A DNA stretch of 64,000 nt from assembly GCA_963823595.1 (NCBI GenBank), contig CAWGME010000020.1:118184-182183 (forward strand). The letters run 5' to 3'. This document shows, one piece after another, positions 47,196 to 57,628 of this stretch (positions within the stretch are counted from its first letter, which is position 1; the number at the start of each line of letters is the position of its first letter). This DNA is from an uncultured Acidobacteriota bacterium (GTDB taxonomy: Bacteria > Acidobacteriota > Terriglobia > Terriglobales > Acidobacteriaceae). The position numbers and the translations under genes are program-made. The notes beneath the pieces were generated by a model. It saw only the letters and a program-made list of their open reading frames with translations, had not been told where the DNA came from and searched no databases.

Positions 47196-48287
47196 TCAGT
47201 CGATCTCCCGGGTAATGTTCAGGAGCACGCCCATGCTGAGCAGTGTGAAAAACAGGGATGTTCCTCCGGCGGAAATGAACGGCAACGCGATCCCTTTCGT
47301 GGGCACCAGCGCCAGCACGACGCTGATGTTAAAGAATGCCTGGATAATGATCGTGGCCGTAATTCCAAATGCCAGGAAGCGGGCAAAGGGATCGGTCGAG
47401 CGCAGCGCGGCACGCAAACCTCGATACGCCAGCATCAGGAAAAGCGCGAGCACCAGCAGCGTGCCGATGAGTCCGAGTTCCTCCGCAATATTCGCGAAGA
47501 TGAAGTCGGTCTGCGGCTCCGGCAGATAGAAAAGCTTCTGCCGCCCTTCCATCAGGCCCACCCCGTGAATGCCCCCCGCGCCCACCGCAATTAAAGATTG
47601 CAGGATATGAAAGCCGGTTCCGCGCGGGTCTTTTTCCGGGTTAAGAAATGCGACCAGACGCGCCCGCCGCCAGGCCACATGGAACAGCATGTAATAGAGC
47701 ACCGGGGATGCCGCGACCGCGGCGAGAAAAAGGTACTTCACCTGCGCGCCCGCCAGATACAGCATCAGCGCCGTAACAACCGCGCACACCATCGCCGTCC
47801 CCAAATCCGGCTCCTTCAAAATGAGGGCGATGAACAACAGGCTCGGCAATGCCGCCGGCAGCAGGGCGCGACGCCAGTCCTGCAGTTGATCCACGCGGTC
47901 CTGGAGGAACCAGGCAAGAAACAGCACCAGCGCCGGCTTGGCGATTTCCGAAGGTTGAAAGCTTAAAATACCGAATCGAATCCAGCGATGGGTATGGTGC
48001 GAGTCGTGCATCAGAAACGCGCCCAGCAGCAGCATCACCGTGACCGCAACACACGGAAAGACCACGGAGGGAGTATTGAAGCGCCGGTAATTCACTCGCA
48101 TCAACGCCACCATAGTCAGCAGCCCCAGCACCGCCCACCCCGCCTGCCTCAGCACGAACGAATAGGGCGAGCCATAATTCTGGCTTGCCATGACGGCCGA
48201 GGCCGAAAAGACCATCACCAACCCGAAGAGAACCAGCAGGACTGTGACGATGAACAGCCACTTGTCTACGCCGACACGTTTTGCCAT
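47196..48287 (-). CDS. ftsW: Peptidoglycan glycosyltransferase FtsW (SEDS family)
   Basis: ORF 47196..48329(-), start taken at MAKRVGVDKW (48287). 10-TM SEDS pattern, PTKGIALPFISAGGTS. Confidence 0.9.
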   Translation of the reverse strand: MAKRVGVDKWLFIVTVLLVLFGLVMVFSASAVMASQNYGSPYSFVLRQAGWAVLGLLTMVALMRVNYRRFNTPSVVFPCVAVTVMLLLGAFLMHDSHHTHRWIRFGILSFQPSEIAKPALVLFLAWFLQDRVDQLQDWRRALLPAALPSLLFIALILKEPDLGTAMVCAVVTALMLYLAGAQVKYLFLAAVAASPVLYYMLFHVAWRRARLVAFLNPEKDPRGTGFHILQSLIAVGAGGIHGVGLMEGRQKLFYLPEPQTDFIFANIAEELGLIGTLLVLALFLMLAYRGLRAALRSTDPFARFLAFGITATIIIQAFFNISVVLALVPTKGIALPFISAGGTSLFFTLLSMGVLLNITREID

Positions 48288-49653
48288 GCTTCCACACCCT
48301 GCCGCGCGAGTACGAATTGCTTGAAACAACGTCCGCGATGTTCGTAATTTTCAAATTGATCGAAGCTGGAGCAGGCAGGCGCGAGCAGAACCACTTCCCC
48401 GGACTGCGCCTGCGCCGCCGCCTCGGCAACAGCGCGCTCCAATGTATGGCAGGGAACGATTGCCACCGCTCCGGCAATTTGCTGCTCGATCTTTTCCGCC
48501 GCCGCGCCGATGGTGTACACCGCGCGAACACGTTCCTTCAGCAGCGGGACAAGGGTCGCATAGTCGGAGTCCTTATCCTTGCCGCCAAGGATCAGATGAA
48601 TGCCGCCGGGAAATGCTGCGATCGCCTTCATCGTCGCGTCCACATTCGTCGCCTTCGAGTCGTTGTAGAAATCGACGCCGTTCGCGCGCGCAACAAACTC
48701 CAGCCGATGCTCGACAGCGTGAAACCCGGCTACAGCTTTGCGAATCGCCTCCGCCGAAATTCCAGCCAGTTTCGCCGCGCATACCGCCGCCAGCACATTC
48801 TCAACATTGTGCTCGCCTTTCAGCGGAATCTCGCTTACGGGAAGAACCGGTTCCAGGGTGGACTGTTCCTCTGCGCGCCAGACGATCGCGTCCTGGTAAA
48901 CGAATGTTCCCTGCCGTACCGGGCGGCGCACACTGAACCAGAAAACCTTTCCGCGGGAGCGCGCAGCGGCGTGCTGTGTCTCCGCATTTTCGGCATTCAG
49001 CACGAGAAAATCATCGGCGGTCTGATTTTCGAAGATGCGCTCCTTGGCGGCAATGTAATTGTCAAGGTTTCCATGGCGGTCAAGATGATCCGGTGTGATG
49101 TTCAGAACCACCGCAATCTCAGGGCGAAAATCCACAATCGTTTCCAGCTGGAAGCTCGACACTTCGAGCACATTCCATCCCTCATCGCTGCTTTCCGGCA
49201 CCAGGGCAATCACCGGAACACCGATATTTCCGCCTACGTGTGTCGGCAGACCGCCGGCGCGAAAAATTTCTCCACAAAGCGCGGTGGTCGTGGTCTTCCC
49301 GTTCGAACCGGTAATGGCGAGGGTTTTGCCGCGCAGAAAACGCGATGCCAGTTCCAGTTCGCCGATCACCGGCGTGCCAAAGCTGCGCGCCTGCTCCAGC
49401 TCCGGCGTATCCGAGCGGCACTCCGGGACTGACCACGATCCAGTCCTGACGGCGGAAGGTCAGCAGACCGTGACCGCCGGCTTCGACCATCACCCCGGCA
49501 TCGAGCAGAGCGGGCAGTTCCGCCGCCAATGCTTCCACGCTCCGCACGTCGGAGACGGTGACCTGCGCACCCTGTTTTCGGAGAAAAATGGCGGAGGCGA
49601 CGCCGGATCTTCCCCAGCCCGACGACCAGAATCCTTTGTCCCTTCAATTCCAT
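48266..49653 (-). pseudogene. murD: UDP-N-acetylmuramoylalanine--D-glutamate ligase, frame broken twice
   Basis: MELKGQRILVVGLGK (from ATG 49653), then SGVASAIFLRKQGAQVTVSDVRSVEAL...VSPGVPL (frame of ORF 49182..49547), then TPELEQARSFGTPVIGELELA...GSNGKTTT (ORF 48266..49369). Single extra bases at about 49608 and about 49418. Confidence 0.9.
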
Positions 49654-49723
49654 AATTCACTCATCGACCGTCGCGGGTGGTTGCGATTCGATTGTCCCAC
49701 GTTCCTGCCAGATCGGCGTAGTG

Positions 49724-50857
49724 TCAGCGCAGCTTCAGCGTGGTCAGCGCGAACAGCGCAAAAACCAGAGCCGCGATCCAGAACCGCACGATCACCTTGG
49801 ATTCCGACCATCCGACCAGCTCAAAGTGGTGATGAATAGGAGCCATTTTGAAAATGCGCTTCTTGCGCAGTTTATAGCTGCCCACCTGCAGCATCACGCT
49901 GACTGCCTCCAGAATGAAAACTCCGCCGATGAAGGGCAGCAGCAGCTCCTGCTTGATGATGACGGCAACCGTACCGATCGCACCTCCCAGCGCCAGCGAA
50001 CCCACGTCGCCCATGAAGACCTCCGCCGGATGCGCGTTGTACCAGAGAAAACCGATGCTCGCGCCCACCATCGATCCGCAGAAGATGGTCAGCTCGGAGA
50101 CAAGCGGCATGCGCTGGAAGCCGAGATAATCGGCATAACGCACGTTCCCGCTGACGTAGGTCAGCACAGTCAGCGCCCCGGCGGCGATGATCACGCAGCC
50201 AATGGCGAGCCCATCCAGCCCATCCGTCAGGTTGACGGCATTGCTGGAGCCGACCAGCACCAACACGATGAAAATTACAAACGGCACGAACGCGAATACC
50301 CAGAGATGCGGGGCATGAAGAACGGCGGCGATCGACAGATCGGGGCGGAAATTCTTGGCAAATGGCACCATCAGCCGGGTGGAATATTCACGGTCTCCGC
50401 GCAGGACCAGCAGCAGCGCGGCAATCAGGATTGCGAGGCCGATCTGCGCCGCCATCTTGGCGCGAAACGTCAGCCCCAGATTTCGCTTATGAACAACCTT
50501 GATGTAATCGTCGGCGAACCCGATACCGCCGAAACCCACGGTGGCCAGAACAGCCAGCCAGACGAACGGGTTCGCCAGATTGCTCCACAGCAGGGTTGGC
50601 ACTAGGATCGCCACCAGGATCAGCAGCCCGCCCATGGTCGGCGTTCCCGCCTTTTTCTGGTGGCCCTGCGGCCCGTCCTCGCGGATGAACTGCCCGATCT
50701 GGAACTCGCGCAGGCTCTCAATCAGATGGGGGCCGATCAGTAATCCGATGAGCAGGGCCGTAAGCGTGGCGAACGCCGTCCGGAACGTGAGATAGCTGAA
50801 GATGCGGAACGCGTGGACGTAGGGAAACAATTTCTGATAGAGGAGCCAGTAAAGCAA
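49724..50857 (-). CDS. mraY: Phospho-N-acetylmuramoyl-pentapeptide transferase
   Basis: 377 aa; KKAGTPTMGG, NAVNLTDGLDGLA, HHHFE. Confidence 0.95.
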   Translation of the reverse strand: MLYWLLYQKLFPYVHAFRIFSYLTFRTAFATLTALLIGLLIGPHLIESLREFQIGQFIREDGPQGHQKKAGTPTMGGLLILVAILVPTLLWSNLANPFVWLAVLATVGFGGIGFADDYIKVVHKRNLGLTFRAKMAAQIGLAILIAALLLVLRGDREYSTRLMVPFAKNFRPDLSIAAVLHAPHLWVFAFVPFVIFIVLVLVGSSNAVNLTDGLDGLAIGCVIIAAGALTVLTYVSGNVRYADYLGFQRMPLVSELTIFCGSMVGASIGFLWYNAHPAEVFMGDVGSLALGGAIGTVAVIIKQELLLPFIGGVFILEAVSVMLQVGSYKLRKKRIFKMAPIHHHFELVGWSESKVIVRFWIAALVFALFALTTLKLR

Positions 50858-50983
50858 ATGACCTCCGCACCGCCCCGGATTCGGACCTGAATTGTGAGTG
50901 CGCTTTTCTCACGCTTATAGTAACCCGCTCTCGGTCCACTTTTCCGGGTTCGCGGAAACAACTTATAAATCGATCATCCACGA

Positions 50984-52031
50984 TCACTTGCCGGAGCTGT
51001 TCGCAAAATATCCCGCCCGGGTCCGCACCGTAAGCTTGCCGTACCCCGGCGCCTTCGCTGTCACGCGAATGGTGCGGTACCCGCCCTCGCTGATTGGCCG
51101 GGTCGGGTGGTAGCCCAGAATGTATTGCTCGCGAATGTCGCGCGCTACCTCGGCGGCAATCGAATCGACCTGGTTCAGAGATTTAGGGAAAAAAGCGATC
51201 CCGCCGGTCTGCTCGCTCAACGTCTCCAGCGCCTTGTGCGCCTCGTGGGCCTGGTGGCCGCCCTGGTCATAGAGCAGCCCGATCGAATACACGATCGGTC
51301 CCTGCAGAGCTTGAATCCGCCGCACCGTCTGCTCAAGCGTGGCGCTGGAGCTGTTGTCCTCTCCGTCGGTAATGATCAGGATCACCTGCTTCGCGTGTTT
51401 CGCGTTTTTCGCAAGATGGTCCGCCGCTGCCACCACCGCGTCGTAAAGAGCCGTGCCTCCACTCGAGTCGATGCGGGAGAGACCTTTCTCCAGGAGGCCG
51501 ATGCTGGCGGTAAAGTCCTGGTCGAGAAATGCCTGGTCGGAAAAGTTCACGATAAACGCTTCATCCTGCGGGTTCGACGCTCTTACCAGGTCGAGCGCGG
51601 CGATATTGACGGCGGCGCGCTTCTGCTGCATGGAACCGGAATTATCGACCAGAATGGCCAGCGATACCGGAACATCTTGCCGCCCGAATGAAGAAACCGT
51701 TTGCGGAATATTATTTTCGTAAACGCTGAAGTTCTGTTTCTCGAGCGTGGTGACAAGATGCTGGTGTTCGTCGACAACCGTGGCGTAAATGACCACCTCG
51801 CTGACCGAGGTATGCAGGGTGAACTGGCCGTTGGGCCCGGTCTGAACCTGCGGCTGATTCTGGCCGGACTGCGTGTTGGTAGCGGAACGATTCCCCGCCG
51901 GACGCGCCCCGGCGGTCTGCTGGGCGGCGGCGCTGCCGAGTCGCGATCGCGATGCAGGCCGCAATCATCAGAAACAAAGCGGGAAAAGAACTTGAACCGG
52001 AACGATGCCTTTGTGTCCACATATTTTTCAT
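50984..52031 (-). pseudogene. VWA-domain protein (acidobacterial VWFA-related type, TIGR03436-like), frame broken once after the signal peptide
   Basis: Signal MKNMWTQRHRSGSSSFPALFLMIAACIAIA (frame of ORF 51711..52097) joins LGSAAAQQTAG... (ORF 50984..51964) with a MIDAS-like DNSGSM and ITDGEDNSS. Junction is about 51935-51960. Confidence 0.8.
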
Positions 52032-52251
52032 TCCGCTCCTACGTACTCCGACGGCGAGCTTCTCTTTACGATACGTGGAATTGCCGCCGAAGCCCACGTT
52101 GAGAACCGCGACGCGGGTTATCCGGCTCGGCCGCCGCGGCTATTCAACGATTCTCCAGTTGAACCGCCTCTCTGCGATAGAATCGAGTCACAGAACCGCA
52201 CATCTGCATCTGGTCGCAGCCCGCACCTGAACGACAGGAGTTTCCACCCGA

Positions 52252-53591
52252 ATGGCCCGCATTTATCCGTTTCGCGCATGGCGCTACAATCCCGGACTGG
52301 TCCGCGCAGAAGACGTTGTCACCCAGCCGTACGACAAAATTTCTCCGGCAATGCAGCAATCTTATTATCAGCGCAGCCCGCAGAACCTGGTGCGCATCAT
52401 CCTGGGCCTTCCCGAGCTGTTCGATTCGCCGGAGAACAACGTCTACACCCGGGCAGCCGGCAATTTCAACGAGTGGCGCGCCGCAGGGTATTTTGTCGCA
52501 GGACAATGAGCCCGCCGTCTACGCCTACTCCCAGCGCTATGAAGTTCCCGGCTCGCCGGGCGTGTTTCAGGAACGCCGCGGATTTATTGCGCTCGGCGAA
52601 CTGGCGGACTATAGCCAGGGAATCGTATTCCGCCATGAGCGCACGCTGGCCAAGCCGAAGTCCGACCGGCTGAACCTGCTGCGGGCCACGCGTGCGCACT
52701 TCGGCCAGATTTTCATGCTGTATTCCGATCCCGGCCAGACAGCCGAAACACTGCTTTTCGACGACCCTTCCACGCCCGATATCGAATTAACCGACGAATA
52801 CGGCGTGCTGCATCGCGTCTGGAAGGTATCCGAGCCAGGCACCATCAACATGCTGCTCAGCGCCATGCGGGACAAGAAACTCATCATCGCCGATGGGCAT
52901 CATCGCTATGAAACCGCGCTGAATTATGGCAAGGAGCATGCGCCGAAAACATCCGCCGGCTCGCGTGGAACGCTCGACCGGCAGCCTGCCGCAGCCGCCC
53001 TATCCAGAAGCGGCCACCATGATGACCTTCGTCAACATGGATGCGCCGGGTCTGACGATTCTTCCCACACATCGCGTGGTGCATGGTCTTGAAAATTTCG
53101 ACCCGGCGGAATTTCTCGAGCGGGCCGGAAGGTATTTCGATATCCAGCCGGTACCCGCGATGAGCGACACTGCGGCAATTCTTCGCCAGCTGAAGGAAGC
53201 AGGCAGAAATGGCGTCAGCTTCGTCGCGATCACCCGTACCGGCGGCCATCTGCTGACGGCAAAGAAAGCGGAGATCGCCGCCCGGCTGAGCGATCAGCCG
53301 GAGCGTCAGAAGCGGCTCGATGTGGTGCAACTGCACTCCGTCGTGCTGGAGGACGTGCTCGGCATCTCTCAGCAGGCCGTGCTCGATCAGAGCCATCTGC
53401 GCTACGTGCGCGAGGCCACCGATGCCATCCAGCAGGTTCGCTCCGGAGATGCCGATATCGCGTTCCTGATGAATCCCGTCACGCTCGACCAATTGCGGGA
53501 GGTGGCATTTGCCGGAGATGTGATGCCGCAGAAGTCCACCGACTTTTATCCCAAATTGCTGAGCGGCCTCGCCATCTATGCATTGGATTAG
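52252..53591 (+). pseudogene. DUF1015-family protein, frame broken twice
   Basis: MARIYPFRAWRYNP... (ORF 52252..52509), then ILSQDNEPAVYAYSQRYE...ADGHHRYETAL (ORF 52316..53092), then ...MMTFVNMDAPGLTILPTHRVVHGL (ORF 52926..53591). Extra t at about 52489; second junction at 52935-52995. Confidence 0.85.
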
Positions 53592-53621
53592 CCGGCGTCG
53601 CAAGCAGCAAAATAGACAGAG

Positions 53622-53658
53622 GTCGTCATGCTGAGCGAGGCGAAGAACCGCTGCATTC
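53622..53658 (+). repeat. Dispersed intergenic repeat, short form
   Basis: GTCGTCATGCTGAGCGAGGCGAAGAACCGCTGCATTC, 31 nt after the DUF1015 stop. Confidence 0.65.
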
Positions 53659-53680
53659 GGATTGCCGACAAAGTACCGTG

Positions 53681-53706
53681 GTGCTTCGCTTTGCTCAGGA
53701 TTGCGA
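53681..53706 (-). repeat. Dispersed intergenic repeat, short form, inverted partial copy
   Basis: Reverse complement reads CTTCGCAATCCTGAGCAAAGCGAAGCAC. It forms an inverted pair with the copy at 53622. Confidence 0.55.
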
Positions 53707-53774
53707 AGATATCTGACGTGAGCGAAACCGACGTTGAAAATCGGGCTGGCCGCTGACATTGGCTGACCTTCATC

Positions 53775-54504
53775 ATGCTTCTCCTGTCGCCCGCAGTGCG
53801 CAGCAACCGCCGCCCAAGTCGGTGCTCCGCCGCGACCCCCCGGCTGCATGCGCAGCCGGCCCAGCTGATTCCGCCAGCAGCCCGCAACCAGCCGGAATTG
53901 CGATTTGTCATCGTGCTGGATCCGGCGCATGGCGGGACTGATAACGGCGCCATGCTGGCCGTCAATTCCCCGGAGAAGAACTACACGTTGGCGCTTGCGG
54001 TCCGCATTCATGTCCTGCTGAACGCGAGGGAATTTCACTCTATCCTGACCCGGGATGCCGACACCACGGTCGACGAATACCTGCTCGCGCTGCGACGGCC
54101 AATCAGCTCCCATGCGGCCGCCTGTATTCTGCTGCATGCGACGTCGACCGGCAATGGCGTCCATCTGTTCACTTCATCGCTCGCAGCCGCCGGAAAGAAG
54201 ATATCCGCAGAATCCTCGCCGTACATTTCTGCCGTGGCAAACGGCGCAGGCCAGCTACGGAACCGAAAGCCTGCGGCTGGAATCGGACATCAATGCGGCG
54301 CTGGCAGACCAGCATGTTCCCGCTCTGCTCGATCGCACTTCTCTGATGCCGCTCGACAGCATGGCTTGCCCTGCGGTCGCGGTCGAAATTGCTCCGCTGG
54401 ACGCGAACACACCGCTTGCGGATCCGGCCTATCAGCAAAAAATTGCGCAGGCCCTGGCAGCGGCGCTGACAGCATGGCGCAGCGACTGGAGATTGCAGCC
54501 GTGA
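53775..54504 (+). pseudogene. N-acetylmuramoyl-L-alanine amidase (Amidase_3), frame broken at least once
   Basis: FVIVLDPAHGGTDNGAM...ILLHATSTGNGVHLFTSS (ORF 53775..54677) continues as FLPWQTAQASYGTESLRLESDINAAL...ACPAVAVEIAPL (ORF 54055..54504). Junction is about 54215-54235. The N-terminus may contain further shifts. Confidence 0.75.
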
Positions 54505-55158
54505 CCCCGCGCTACCAGAAAGTCATCCTGTGGATGTCTGCTGGTCAGCTCCGTCCTGATGGCCGCATATCTGATCCGCATGCGCGCCCGTGCCCAGGAT
54601 CAGCTGGCCGCAATGCCGAATGCCGCGCCGATGCCTGCGCCGGTCGAAACCCCGCCGGTCGACAGCCACCCTCATGATCGCGAATGATGAGGACGGCTCG
54701 CTTGCTCCCGCTGCAGCGGCAGCTCGCTTTGCCCGCCGACACACCATCGCGCGCCCGCGCCCTGCTGAACGATCTGTTCGCACAATACGCACAATCCGGC
54801 TCGCCTCATCCGCTCACTGCCGTTGCCTGCTGTGAACGATGTGTTTCTGCTGCCGATGGCCCGACGGGTTCATCTAATCCAGCACGCAACAGCCGGCGCG
54901 GGCCAGATCGCCGTGGTGAATCTGAACGGCGCGTTCGTCGATCATCACCCCTCGGGGATTCTGGTGGAGACTCTCACTCTGCTCTCGATTTTGAGTACGC
55001 TGCACGCCAACCTGCCGCAGATCGCGCAGGTGCGATTTCTGGTCGATGGACGGCCGAAAGAAACGCTGGCCGGCCATGCCGACCTGACGCGCACCTATCT
55101 GACCGCAACCGATGTGCCCGGAGGTGACGCCTCAGAATGGACCAGCCGCACCGAATGA
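54501..55158 (+). pseudogene. GerMN-domain protein, frame broken about four times
   Basis: GTG 54501 MTPRYQKVIL, then CGCLLVSSVLMAAYLIRMRARAQ...PVDSHP, then TLMIANDEDGSLAP, then LQRQLALPADTPSRARALLNDLFAQY...LTAVA, then VNDVFLLP...QIAVVNLNGAFVDHHPSGILVETLTLLSILSTLHANLPQIAQVRFLVDGRPKETLAGHADL (ORF 54823..55158). Confidence 0.55.
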
Positions 55159-55194
55159 CGGTTCTCCTACGCCGCCCGCTGCGCGGAGCACACA

Positions 55195-56065
55195 GTGAGC
55201 GAATTCGCCAACGTGCAGCCGCGTATCGGAGTCTTCGATTCCGGCTTTGGCGGCCTGACCGTGCTGCGGGCGCTTGCTGTCCCGCATTCCGGCCGCGGAG
55301 TATTTTTATCTCGGCGACACGGCTCGTCTGCCTTACGGCTCGAAATCGCGGGCAACGGTCGCCCGTTATGCGGTCGAGAGCGCGCAGTTGCTGGAGTCCT
55401 ATGGCGCGCAATACCTCGTCATCGCCTGCAATACCGCCAGCGCGCTGGCGCTCGATGCCATCCGATCCGCCGCGCGCGTGCCGGTGCTGGGAGTCATTGA
55501 GACCGGAGCCGATAGCGCCGCGGCGGCAAGCGTCACCCGCGACGTGCTGGTGCTGGCGACGGATGCCACCGTCCAAAGCCATGCCTATGCCGAGGCCTGC
55601 GCCGCGCCTCGGTCTGCGCGGCTTCGAGAAGGCCTGCCCGCTGCTGGTTCCGCTGATTGAGGAAGGATGGACGGGAGGCGATCAGGCGCACGATCCAGCC
55701 AGCAATGTCACCCGCCAGGTGCTGCGGATTTATCTGGAGCAGGCCTTGACCGAAGCTGAAGCGCGCGGCTTCTCCGCTCGATACCGTGCTGCTTGGCTGC
55801 ACCCATTATCCACTGCTGCACGACATGCTGAAGCAGGAGCTGCCGCGAGAAAATCATGATTCTCGATTCTGCCGAAACCACCGCCCGTCGTGTGCGGCGA
55901 GATCTGGAAACGAACGGAATGCTTTCGCTCAGCAGCGGGACCAGACGGGCGCGCGCCAGCTGCAAATTTTTTGCGACCGATTCGGTCGGCAAATTCCGCG
56001 CCCTGGGCAGCCGCTTTCTCGGCCAGCCGATCGACCACGTGGAGTTGATCGACCTCGGCGGCTAG
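55195..56065 (+). pseudogene. murI: Glutamate racemase, frame broken about four times
   Basis: RIGVFDSGFGGLTVLRAL (ORF 55195..), then YFYLGDTARLPYG...VIACNTASA...VLATDATV (ORF 55274..55660), then GFEKACPLLVPLIEEGW (frame of ORF 55137..55859), then LLGCTHYPLL (ORF 55786..), then MILDSAETTARRV...IDLGG (ORF 55856..56065). Confidence 0.88.
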
Positions 56066-56098
56066 CGCAAATTCGATCTTGCTGCACGACCCAAAAGC

Positions 56099-56128
56099 GC
56101 CGTCATCCTGAGCAACGCAAGGACCTCT
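56099..56128 (+). repeat. Dispersed intergenic repeat, short form
   Basis: GCCGTCATCCTGAGCAACGCAAGGACCTCT, 34 nt after the murI stop. Confidence 0.7.
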
Positions 56129-56269
56129 ATATTGCCTTTGCTTGTCCCCCGGTTACATTCACTCTGAATTTGCTAAAGTGGCACAACCCATTTCCCGCAA
56201 CAGTGACATGGCACACCCGCATCCAATCGCCCCGGCTGATATCATCCGTGAAGCATAAGGGAGGAAATC

Positions 56270-57038
<769 letters not shown>

Positions 57039-57076
57039 AGCAGTTTCGCATTGATGTAGGGTGACCCTCAAGGTGT

Positions 57077-57116
57077 CGGCCATCTTGAGCGGAGCGAAGG
57101 ATCTCTGCATCCTGCG
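57077..57116 (+). repeat. Dispersed intergenic repeat, short form
   Basis: CGGCCATCTTGAGCGGAGCGAAGGATCTCTGCATCCTGCG, 39 nt after the fabI stop. Confidence 0.65.
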
Positions 57117-57127
57117 AGTTTGCAAAA

Positions 57128-57628
57128 CTAATTCGAGCGCAGCGTCAGCGTAATCCTGCGCTCATCGCCTGCCAGAGTTTCAATCGCAATCTCCCCATCG
57201 CTGAGCGCGATTACGGACGGAAATTTCTCTCCCCACTCGATCAACATCAGGCTCTGTGGGGTTATTAGGTCTTCCATGCCAAGCGTCTCCAGTTGCCGCT
57301 GATCTTCAATGCGGTACAAATCCAGGTGATAGAGCAGAACCACGCCGCCCAGATTTTCGCTCTGGCTCTCTGGCTCGATCGCGCGGCCCGCATACTCATG
57401 GATCAGAGTAAACGTCGGGCTGGTCACTTCATCCGGTTCCGCTGCGCCAAGTGCCGCCGCAATTCCCTTCACCAGGGTGGTTTTGCCCGCGCCTAAATCT
57501 CCGCGCAATACCACGACCTTCGGCGGCGGCAGCAGCTTCGCCAGCTCGCGGCCAAGCGCAATCGTTTCATCGCAGGAATTCGTCGTGTGGACGCGCTGGA
57601 GTTGCGGGGCACGCTTGGCGTCGCTCAT
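57128..57628 (-). CDS. tsaE: tRNA threonylcarbamoyladenosine biosynthesis protein TsaE
   Basis: ORF 57128..57649(-). The Met at 57628 overlaps the nnr stop (ATGA). LRGDLGAGKTTLVKG P-loop, SPTFTL, HLDLYR. Confidence 0.88.
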   Translation of the reverse strand: MSDAKRAPQLQRVHTTNSCDETIALGRELAKLLPPPKVVVLRGDLGAGKTTLVKGIAAALGAAEPDEVTSPTFTLIHEYAGRAIEPESQSENLGGVVLLYHLDLYRIEDQRQLETLGMEDLITPQSLMLIEWGEKFPSVIALSDGEIAIETLAGDERRITLTLRSN

